NCBI GenBank assembly: GCA_046726415.1 | Contig: JBKPAK010000196.1 | Location: forward strand, 1-23,246 | Reading direction: 5' to 3' | Length of the DNA stretch: 23,246 nucleotides | Source of the DNA: Candidatus Methylomirabilota bacterium | GTDB lineage: Bacteria; Methylomirabilota; Methylomirabilia; Rokubacteriales; CSP1-6 | Shown here: piece by piece, positions 8,810-16,866 of the stretch | How the letters are laid out: every line of letters begins with the position of its first letter | Numbering within the stretch: position 1 is the first letter of the stretch | Program-made: the position numbers and the translations under genes | The notes under the pieces: generated by a model | Database searches by the model: none | Told to the model about the DNA's origin: nothing | The model's input: the letters and a program-made list of their open reading frames with translations, nothing else

Positions 8810-8826
8810 GGGCACGACTGATGCCA
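8810..8826. promoter_or_regulatory. symmetric sigma-54 (-24/-12)-like element or activator site in the divergent intergenic region
   Basis: Plus strand GG-CACGACTGAT-GC (8811-8824); minus strand TGG-CATCAGTCGT-GC. Both have GG-N10-GC spacing. Confidence 0.45.
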
Positions 8827-8838
8827 CCCGGAACCATC

Positions 8839-9018
8839 ATGAAAACGCGCGCTTGGACAGTGGCGATCGTCACCGAGCTGGGTGGTGGTGGTGGAATCTT
8901 GAGCGCGTCTCGTGAGTGGTTTGCCGACGGCTGGTCCCTTGCTAGCGGCGCGGCGCTACCATTGATGGTCGTGGTGGTCTACACCGTCTCGCCGCCTAGA
9001 ACAGCTTGCCGGCGATGA
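8839..9018 (+). CDS. possible small membrane protein (59 aa) coupled to the cyclase
   Basis: MKTRAWTVAIV...LASGAALPLMVVVVYTV; its stop overlaps the cyclase ATG (ATGA at 9015-9018); no clear RBS. Confidence 0.3.
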   Translation: MKTRAWTVAIVTELGGGGGILSASREWFADGWSLASGAALPLMVVVVYTVSPPRTACRR

Positions 9019-11078
9019 TGCCATGGGCCTCGCGCCTGCTGACGAGCTGTGTCATCAGCCTGGTCCTGGCTGCTCTACTGGCGGCAGGGGTCTACCTCGG
9101 GGTCCTGACCACCGTGCAGGTCGCGGCCAGCGACTGGCTCTTCAAAACCCGCCTCCCGCGACCTCCGCGCGCGACGGTCATCGTGGGAATCGACCAGCGC
9201 AGCTACCAGGCACTCCTGGCGGACTACGGTCCGCTCTCGCAGTGGCCACGAACGCTCTACGCCCTGGTCCTGGACCAGCTTCGAGAATCGGGCGGCACGG
9301 GCTCGGCCGAAGTGCTCCGCGACATGGCACCCCGGGTGGTTGCCTTCGAGATCTTCTTCGACGGCTCACGCCCGGGCGATGAGGTGCTGGCCCAGGCCGT
9401 GCGCCGCCTCGGCAACGTCATCAGTCCGGTGCTCGCGCAAGGGCCGCTGGATTTCGATCCAGTCCCGGGTGTCGCGCAGCGATTCGACGTCTTCGTGAGG
9501 CCAGTACGGGCGGTGAGGGACGCCGCGGCGGGCGAAGGGCTGGTCAATGTGACGGCTGGTGGTGACGGCGTGATCCGGAGTCTTCCCCTCGTACTCCGGG
9601 CGGGCGGTGAAGTGCTGCCTTCGATGGTCCTCACCGTCGCCGCGCTCTATGGTCGTCGGCCGCGCGTCCTCGACGAAGGCTCAACTCCCGGCACGGTCCT
9701 CGCCGCAGGGCGCCGCATCCCGGTCGGCGAAGCCGACACCATGCTCATCAACTACCTGGGGCCGCCATCCCAGCCGGGGCAGGAGGGCATGGTCCCAGTC
9801 ATCCCCTTCGTCGATGTCCTGAACGGCAACTTCGACCGCGCCCTCGTGCGCGACCGCATCGTCCTCATCGGCCCCACCATCCGGGGTGTGGACGAGCACC
9901 CCACCCCCACCAGCGCCGGCACGCGAATGTGGGGCGTGGAGATCATGGCCAACGCGATCGAGACCGTGCTCGACCAGAGGCATCTCGTACCGGCTGGGGT
10001 GGCTCCCACCATCGCGACCATCGGGGTGCTGTCGGTGGTGGCCGCGCTGCTGGTGGCGACGTTCAGCCCGTGGGTCGCTGCCGTCGGGTCCGTCTTCGTG
10101 CTGGGGGGTTATCTGACCCTGGCGGCGCTGATCTTCGAGCGCGGCGTGGTCCTGAACCTCGTCTATCCGCCGGCGGCCCTGCTGGGCGCCTTCGCGCTGA
10201 CTCTCGGCTACCGCGTGGTGTTCGTGGAGGCAGAGCGCCGTATTGCCAGGCAAGCGATGCGACGCTACCTTTCGCCCTCCGTGGGGCGATGGGTGCTGGA
10301 GGATCCACGCCGGCTGGCCCTGGGCGGCGAGCTTCGCGAGATGACGGTGCTGTTTAGCGATATCCGCGATTTCACCACCCACGCCCACGAGCTGGCGCCG
10401 GACGCGCTGGTGGCCCTGCTCAATCGCTACCGGTCGGACATGACGGAGGTCGTCTTCGCGCGCGATGGCGTCCTGGCTCAGTATGCGGGGGACGCCCTCG
10501 AAGCCTTCTGGAACGCCCCGATGGATCAGCCCGATCACGCGCTCCGGGCCTGTCACGCGGCCCTCGACATGGTCGCGGCCCTTGGCGCCCTCCGAACTCA
10601 CTTCGCGCAGCGGGGCTGGCCAGGGCTCAACATCGGCATTGGAATCAACACCGGGCGCATGGTCGTCGGCAACATGGGCTCGCCGGAGCGGCTCGACTAC
10701 TCGGCGGTGGGTGACTCCGTGAACGTCGCCGCGCGTCTCGAGGGGCTGACGAAGGAGTACGGCGTTCACGTCATCGTGGGCGAGCAGACGCGAGCGGCAG
10801 CGGCCGAGGCATTCGTCTACCGCTTCCTCGGCGTCGCCGCGGTGAAGGGACTGCCCGAACCAGTTCGGGCCTACGAGGTCGTCGGGCGAGCTGGCGAGGT
10901 GGCGCTCGCGCGGATGGAGATCCTCAGGCGGTTCGAAGAAGGGGTGGAACTCTACGGAGCGGGCCGGTGGGCCGAAGCCGACAAGCACTTTTCGGAGCTT
11001 CTGGCCCAGCACCCCGACGACCGCCCAACCGTCCTCTACGCGCGGCGGAGCCAGGAGGCGCTCGAGAGTGATTGGTGA
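9015..11078 (+). CDS. CHASE2-domain class III adenylate/guanylate-cyclase-family protein with C-terminal TPR-like tail
   Basis: N-terminal TM; CHASE2 motifs 'VIVGID..S', 'WPR', 'DGVIRSLPL', 'DRIVLIG' and 'GVEIMAN'; 3 TM helices; cyclase motifs 'RYLSP', 'TVLFSDIRDFT', 'YAGDAL', 'GIGINTG..VVGNMGS' and 'YSAVGDSVNVAARLE'. Start could be 9006, 9015 or 9018. Confidence 0.93.
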   Translation: MMPWASRLLTSCVISLVLAALLAAGVYLGVLTTVQVAASDWLFKTRLPRPPRATVIVGIDQRSYQALLADYGPLSQWPRTLYALVLDQLRESGGTGSAEVLRDMAPRVVAFEIFFDGSRPGDEVLAQAVRRLGNVISPVLAQGPLDFDPVPGVAQRFDVFVRPVRAVRDAAAGEGLVNVTAGGDGVIRSLPLVLRAGGEVLPSMVLTVAALYGRRPRVLDEGSTPGTVLAAGRRIPVGEADTMLINYLGPPSQPGQEGMVPVIPFVDVLNGNFDRALVRDRIVLIGPTIRGVDEHPTPTSAGTRMWGVEIMANAIETVLDQRHLVPAGVAPTIATIGVLSVVAALLVATFSPWVAAVGSVFVLGGYLTLAALIFERGVVLNLVYPPAALLGAFALTLGYRVVFVEAERRIARQAMRRYLSPSVGRWVLEDPRRLALGGELREMTVLFSDIRDFTTHAHELAPDALVALLNRYRSDMTEVVFARDGVLAQYAGDALEAFWNAPMDQPDHALRACHAALDMVAALGALRTHFAQRGWPGLNIGIGINTGRMVVGNMGSPERLDYSAVGDSVNVAARLEGLTKEYGVHVIVGEQTRAAAAEAFVYRFLGVAAVKGLPEPVRAYEVVGRAGEVALARMEILRRFEEGVELYGAGRWAEADKHFSELLAQHPDDRPTVLYARRSQEALESDW

Positions 11079-11113
11079 GATGGGGCCTCGACAGGGTTTC
11101 CCAGCCCCCGCGC

Positions 11114-11470
11114 TCAACGGGCCGCGCCCGGCTCGAGTCGCGCGCGCTCGAAGGGCGAGACCACTACCCTTATTGGGACGGGAGCAGTCACCGGGGTGAG
11201 CCGCGAGATCCGCGCGACGGCCACGCGCGCGGTCCTTGGGTTGTGGCGATTCTGTCCCTCGCCCGTATCTTCGAAGCCTGGCTCCAGGCGCGCGATCAAT
11301 TGCTGGCCGCGCCGGATGACCCCGTTCAGCCGGTGTCGGTAGGCCGGGGCGCCGTTCAGTGTACCGAGCAGGCTCACAGAGAACGGGCCGTCGGCCAGTC
11401 CCGTCACGAGCAGGTGATACGTGCCAGCCTCGCCGGCCGGCACATCGATCCGCCATCGCTCTTCTGGCCG
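11114..11470 (-). pseudogene. C-terminal fragment of a beta-rich protein whose 5' end is missing
   Basis: Open frame PRPEERWRIDVPAGEAGTYHLLVTGLADGPFSVSLLG... with protein-like composition. It is preceded directly by an in-frame TGA and has no convincing RBS or start. Confidence 0.5.
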
Positions 11471-11532
11471 CGGTCAGCGGGGCGAGGGCGTCGCAACACC
11501 CCCGCCCGAGTGGTGAAGGACGCGGCGGGCGG

Positions 11533-12390
11533 TTACTCCGGGATGGCGTTGATCAGGTACATCACCTGGAGCAGCGGGCTCGGGCGCCCGAGGCCACCGA
11601 ACCACTTGTTGTAGATCTCCACGATCCCCGTGCCGCGATACGTGTTCGCCAGCACCCGATTGACGGCGAGCCGGAACGCCGAGTCGTTCCGTCGCAGGAC
11701 GAGCCCGTACGGCTCGTAGGAAAATCCCTGATCGCTGAGGGCGAACTTGGACGGATCCTTCGACGTTACGGCCAGGCCGATCAGGATCGTCCGGTCCGAG
11801 GCGTAGGCATCCGCCGCGCCGCGCTCGAGCGCGGCGAGGCCGTCCGCATGGTCTTTGACCGGCACGATCTGGACGCTGGTGAAGCTGCGCTGAAGGGCGT
11901 CGTTGAGCGAGGTCTCCGTGGTGGTACCGCGGATGATCGCGACCTTCTTGCCGGCCAGGTCGGAGACACTATTGAGCCCGGAGTCGGCTCGCACCAGGAA
12001 GCTGCCGCCGTCCACGAAGGTCACGAGGCTGAAATCGACCTGCTCTGAGCGGCTGAGCGTCTGCGTGGTGGTGCCGCACTCCAAGTCGACCGTCCCGTTC
12101 GCCACCATCTGAAGGCGGTTGTCCGAGGTCACTGGCATCCAGTTGATCTTGAGGTCCGCCAGCTTGAGCTGCTGCTGGATACCCACAGCCACGCGACGGC
12201 AGAGATCGACGATGTAGCCGACCGGTTGCTTTTCTGGGCTCAGGAACGAGAAGGGGACCGCCGATTCGCGATAGCCGATGACCAGGGTCTTGGAGTCGCT
12301 GATCTTCTTCAACGTGCCCTGGAGTTCCTGACCCAGAGCAGGGCCCGCGATCAGTAGGGCCAGCACAGCGAAGGATAACGACCGTTTCAT
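11533..12390 (-). CDS. amino-acid ABC transporter substrate-binding protein, GltI-like (family 3)
   Basis: Signal peptide, 'GTLKKI...GYRESAVPFSF', 'DLECGTTTQTLSR..QVDFS', 'GTTTE' and 'EPYG'. AGGAGG RBS before ATG 12390. Confidence 0.93.
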   Translation of the reverse strand: MKRSLSFAVLALLIAGPALGQELQGTLKKISDSKTLVIGYRESAVPFSFLSPEKQPVGYIVDLCRRVAVGIQQQLKLADLKINWMPVTSDNRLQMVANGTVDLECGTTTQTLSRSEQVDFSLVTFVDGGSFLVRADSGLNSVSDLAGKKVAIIRGTTTETSLNDALQRSFTSVQIVPVKDHADGLAALERGAADAYASDRTILIGLAVTSKDPSKFALSDQGFSYEPYGLVLRRNDSAFRLAVNRVLANTYRGTGIVEIYNKWFGGLGRPSPLLQVMYLINAIPE

Positions 12391-12419
12391 CTCGGACCTC
12401 CTGGAGTGAAGTGGCTCGC

Positions 12420-12428
12420 AGAATAGCA
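12420..12428 (-). promoter_or_regulatory. possible extended -10 promoter of the GltI-like gene
   Basis: Minus strand TGcTATTCT about 30 nt upstream of the ATG. Confidence 0.35.
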
Positions 12429-12513
12429 GATCGGCTGATCGACGACCGATCCGCACCCCATCACGGCGAACGGAGCGAGAGGGCCTCCTCTCATGGGCAA
12501 GGTCCGCGGCTGG

Positions 12514-13911
12514 TCAGATCAGCTTGTTGGCCGCGTTGAGGGCCGCCACCTTGTAGCACTCGGCGAGCGTCGGGTAGTTGAACACGGTGTCGAGGAAGTA
12601 GTCGAGGCCACCGCCGAGCGCCAGTACGGCCTGCCCGACGTGAATCAGCTCGGTCGCTCCGGTCCCCATCACGTGCACGCCGAGCAGGCGGCGGTCGTCG
12701 CGGTGGAAGATCATCTTGAAGAATCCGCTGTCATCGCCGAGGATCTGCCCGCGCGCGATCTCTCGATAGCGCGCCACGCCGGTCTCGTATGGGATTCGTT
12801 GCTGAGTAAGCTCATGCTCCGGCGCGCCAACCATGGAGATCTCCGGCACCGCGTAGATCCCCACCGGGAAGTGCGAGGCCATCCGCCGGGTCGCCACGCC
12901 GAAGGCGTGGCAGGCGGCGAGGCGACCCTGCTCGGCCGAGGTCGCGGCCAGGCTGGGAAACCCGATCACATCACCGGCCGCGAAGATGTGGGGAATATCC
13001 GTCCGGAACTCGTGGTCGACGACGAGGCGACCACGCCCGTCCGCCTCGAGTCCCGCCGCGGCCAGGTTCAGGAGGTCGGTGGCGCCCTGGCGACCTACCG
13101 AGAAGAGGGCCAGCTCGGCGACGATGCGCTTGCCCGACTCCAAGAACAGGATCGCCCGCGGAGCGGAGCCCGGTGTGTCCTTCCCCTCGACGCGCTCCAC
13201 GGCCTCGCCGAGCCTGAAGGTCACCCGGCGCTTGCGCATCTGGTGAAGTAGCTCGTCGACGATCTCGCGGTCGAGGAACTCCATCGGTCGCTCGCGTCGG
13301 TCGACGACGATCACTTCCACGCCCAGGGCGGCGAACATCGAAGCGTACTCGATGCCGATGATTCCCGCCCCCACCACGGCCATGGTCCGCGGCAGCCGCC
13401 GCAGGCACATGATTTCGTCACTGGTGATGGCGATGCCATCGAGGCCGCCACAGCCGGCGGGTGCACCGGCAACCGTTCCCACCGCCACCAGGATCTGCGC
13501 GCTGGTGACGCGCCGGACAGTATCAAGCGACTGCACCAGGAGCGTGTGGGGGTCGAGGAAGGAGCCCGCTCCGCGGATCAGCGCCACGTCGTTCCGCCTG
13601 AGCTGTTCCTCCACCACGGCGCTCTCGCGCCGGACCACCTCGTTCACTCGCGCCAGAAGCTGTTCGGCGGTGGGACGGACCTCTGGTCGCACGACGCCGC
13701 CCTCCACGAGAGCGTTGGCCGTGGCAAACGAGAGAACGGCTTCCCGAAAGGTCTTGCTGGGAATGGTGCCGGTCTCCAGGCACACGCCGCCGATGATGCG
13801 GTGCTTCTCGACCACGGCGGCCCGCTTGCCCAGCTTGGCGGCTTGCACGGCGGCTCGCTGGCCGGCGGGTCCGCTGCCCAGGCACACCAGGTCGAAGTCG
13901 TAGGTGGGCAT
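12514..13911 (-). CDS. sthA: soluble (Si-specific) NAD(P)+ transhydrogenase
   Basis: GSGPAG FAD motif; 'GGVCLETGTIPSK' (single Cys, as in STH); GAGIIG.EYAS; 'GDVIGFPSLA'; C-terminal 'ELIHVGQ...VFNYPTLAECYKVAAL'. GGAGGT RBS. Confidence 0.93.
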   Translation of the reverse strand: MPTYDFDLVCLGSGPAGQRAAVQAAKLGKRAAVVEKHRIIGGVCLETGTIPSKTFREAVLSFATANALVEGGVVRPEVRPTAEQLLARVNEVVRRESAVVEEQLRRNDVALIRGAGSFLDPHTLLVQSLDTVRRVTSAQILVAVGTVAGAPAGCGGLDGIAITSDEIMCLRRLPRTMAVVGAGIIGIEYASMFAALGVEVIVVDRRERPMEFLDREIVDELLHQMRKRRVTFRLGEAVERVEGKDTPGSAPRAILFLESGKRIVAELALFSVGRQGATDLLNLAAAGLEADGRGRLVVDHEFRTDIPHIFAAGDVIGFPSLAATSAEQGRLAACHAFGVATRRMASHFPVGIYAVPEISMVGAPEHELTQQRIPYETGVARYREIARGQILGDDSGFFKMIFHRDDRRLLGVHVMGTGATELIHVGQAVLALGGGLDYFLDTVFNYPTLAECYKVAALNAANKLI

Positions 13912-14095
13912 CTCTGACCTCCGAGGCCTGCATGATGGCATGGGCGAGCGGGGCCCAATGCGACGTTTTGGTAGCCGGTTCGGCCCCCAACTGGAGCGCC
14001 GCGGCCATGGCCGACCGCCGACCGGAGCGGCCTTGCTCTCCGCATCGGCTCCCGGTTACCGTAAGCGGAGTTTACAAGAGGGAGCGTGGAGTCAA

Positions 14096-15094
14096 ATGAA
14101 AGCGGCGACTTGGCAGGGTGAGAATCAATTCACGATCGATGACATCCCTGAGCCCGGGCCGGGGCCCGGGGAAGTCCTCGTGCGGATCCATACGGCCGGC
14201 ATCTGCGGCACCGACGTCCACGCAACTCAGGGCCTATTCCCGTGGCGGCCGCCCCTCGTCATGGGCCACGAGTACACGGGCACGATCGCGGAGGTGGGGC
14301 GCGGGGTGAGCCGCCGCCTCATTGGGCGCCCCGTGGCGTGTGAGCCCAACTACGGATGTGGCGAGTGCGCGGAGTGCCGCGCGCGGCGAGTGAGCCATTG
14401 TCCGCGCATCATGCGGGCCGGCGGCTTCGCAGAGCGCGTGGTCCTTCCCCGCTCGGCGGTGCAGGAACTGCCCGATGAACTCGACCCGGCCACGGCGGCG
14501 CTGACGGAGCCGGCGGCGTGCTGTTTGGCCGGACTGGAGATGTTCAAGATGCCGCTTGATGCCACCGTGCTGATTGTCGGCGGCGGCATCATGGGGCTGC
14601 TCACCATGGTACTCGCCAGAAGGCGGGGAGCGAAGCGCGCCATCCTCTCTGATCCCATCGCCGAGCGCCGGGAGATCGCCCGGCGACTGGGGGCCGACCA
14701 CGTCATCGACCCTGGGCGCGAGAATCTTCGTGAGGCGGTCAAAGAGCTGACGGGTGGTCGCGGACCCGATGTCGCCTGTGAGGCCGTCGGGAAACCCGAG
14801 CTGGTCGCCGACGTCATCTCCATCGTGAAACCAATGGGTATCGTCCAACTCGTCGGGGTGAGCCCCAAGGGCAGTCAGCTCCCGCTCGACCTCTACGACG
14901 TCCACTACCGCGAGCTGCGCATCCAGGGTGCCTACGGGCGGGGGACGTCGTTCCGTCGGGCCTTGCGCCTTTTGCCGTCACTGGAGGTGGACTCGCTGAT
15001 CACCGCGCGGTTTCCCCTCGAGCGGATCGCCGACGCCTTTGCCCACGCCGCGGCCGGCCACGGGGTGAAGACCGTCATCGCGCCCCTCGCCTAG
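14096..15094 (+). CDS. zinc-dependent medium-chain (alcohol/polyol/threonine-type) dehydrogenase
   Basis: 'GICGTD', 'GHE', structural Zn 'CGECAEC...C', 'EP' and Rossmann 'GGGIMG'. Confidence 0.92.
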   Translation: MKAATWQGENQFTIDDIPEPGPGPGEVLVRIHTAGICGTDVHATQGLFPWRPPLVMGHEYTGTIAEVGRGVSRRLIGRPVACEPNYGCGECAECRARRVSHCPRIMRAGGFAERVVLPRSAVQELPDELDPATAALTEPAACCLAGLEMFKMPLDATVLIVGGGIMGLLTMVLARRRGAKRAILSDPIAERREIARRLGADHVIDPGRENLREAVKELTGGRGPDVACEAVGKPELVADVISIVKPMGIVQLVGVSPKGSQLPLDLYDVHYRELRIQGAYGRGTSFRRALRLLPSLEVDSLITARFPLERIADAFAHAAAGHGVKTVIAPLA

Positions 15095-15101
15095 CGGCTG
15101 A

Positions 15102-15578
<477 letters not shown>

Positions 15579-15640
15579 TCGGTTCGCTTGGTGTAAGCGC
15601 CGGCGAGAGCGCGAAGGCGAACGCGTTCCCACGGCCCGAC

Positions 15641-16165
15641 TCATAGACCGGCCTGCCCCCACCACGTGGCGACGCTGTAGCCCCGCTGATTCATGCAGTC
15701 GGAGTAGCGCCGGACGGCCGCCTTCTCGGTCGCGCTCTGAAGCGACGCGACCTCTCCATCCACGAGGACGCCCGAGGAGGATGGAATCATGGCCCCCTGC
15801 GGAGCCTCCGCCCGCTCGATATGTGCTGCCTTGCGACACTCCTCCGCGTCCCGCGCCAGCACTTCGCGGCTTTGCCCACGCTCGGGGCGCGAAATGACCG
15901 TCGCCCTGAACCCATGAATCGACGCGATCGGTCCCGGCGGTGGCCAGTACGCGGCGAAGGCCGACGGAGGCGCCAAGGCCTGGCCGGTCAGCACCGTCCT
16001 CGTCGTCACCGGCAGCTCGTCGGCACGTCGCCACACATAGGGCGGTTGGCTGTCCGTCGGATTCTGGATCAGGGCCCACGTGGGGTCGCGGTCGCGTGGC
16101 GGGCTCGTTGTGCACGATGCGAGGGAGAGGAGGACCGCGCAAACCACGAGCGTGTTGGGCGTCAT
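15641..16165 (-). CDS. hypothetical lipoprotein
   Basis: Hydrophobic N-terminus with lipobox LASC; 'D.EEC...CM.QRGY' disulfide-like pattern. Confidence 0.7.
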   Translation of the reverse strand: MTPNTLVVCAVLLSLASCTTSPPRDRDPTWALIQNPTDSQPPYVWRRADELPVTTRTVLTGQALAPPSAFAAYWPPPGPIASIHGFRATVISRPERGQSREVLARDAEECRKAAHIERAEAPQGAMIPSSSGVLVDGEVASLQSATEKAAVRRYSDCMNQRGYSVATWWGQAGL

Positions 16166-16299
16166 ACCGTCAGCCTCGTTCCGTGTCGGACGAGCGGGAC
16201 CGATTGGCGGCCATAGTTAAGCTCCGGTCGCTCGATGTCACGACGCGGTAAGACCAGACTACCCAGTTCTGCCATCAGCGCAAAGGCTCTGCCCGCTCG

Positions 16300-16830
16300 T
16301 GCCGAGCCGAGAAGGGCCACGGACAAATCGTCGCGCTTGTTGGCGAGCCCGGAGTCGGACACTCGCGCCTCTTCCACGAGTTCGCCCTGCGGTCGATGCG
16401 GCGGGCCTCGCTGGCTCTGCTCGACGCGGCGATCGACAATTCGCCGTGGCAAGCGCTGGACCCGCCCGGCGGCGACAGCGTACGATGGATACCGTCAAGC
16501 GAGTGCTCGTGGGCGAGAGCCAAGTTCCAGCCACTCCTGCTTGTGGTCGAGACCTGCACTGGATCGATAGCGAGACCAGGCCCAATTCGACATGCTGGTG
16601 GGGAGAGCTTGCCGGCTGGCCGGCCGGCCAAAAGGGTGCCCACTGGCGGGTCGGGGTGCCACCCAGCATCCAGGTGCCCAGGACGGTGCAAACGGTGCTG
16701 GGAGCGCGGATTGACCGGCTCGCGCCGGAGGTCTGGGACAAGGCCGTCGACTACTGCCGTCAGGCCCTGCGAGATTGGTATGCGCTTCTGGCTTGAGCAG
16801 GCGGAGTCGGAGCTGAGGGTACTCGCCTGA
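16300..16830 (+). pseudogene. collapsed paralog of the downstream cyclase-ATPase-TPR gene
   Basis: Collinear fragments in shifting frames: RAEKGHGQIVALVGEPGVGHSRLFHEF; LALLDAAIDNSPWQALDPP; RRQRTMDTVKRVLVGESQV; QPLLLVVE; DLHWIDSET; ESLPAG; IQVPRTVQTVLGARIDRLAPE; WDKAVDYCRQA; MRFWLEQAESELRVLA*. Confidence 0.88.
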
Positions 16831-16866
16831 TGCTCTGCACGCGCTGCCGGACCGAGAACCGCGAGG
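16780..16866 (+). repeat. imperfect direct repeat, copy 1 (gene-end/gene-start junction of the STAND array)
   Basis: 16780-16830 matches 20145-20195 at 44/51 nt by manual alignment; 16847-16866 matches 20205-20224 at 19/20 nt. Confidence 0.85.

Noticed and set aside
9681-11456. 591-aa minus-strand ORF
   Set aside because: Antisense shadow of the CHASE2 cyclase in GC-rich DNA; no motifs.
11502-11532. Inverted repeat CCGCCCG...CGGGCGG after the GltI-like gene (and the GAGAGG/CCTCTC hairpin at 12477-12492)
   Set aside because: Short stems with no U-tract; not supportable as intrinsic terminators.
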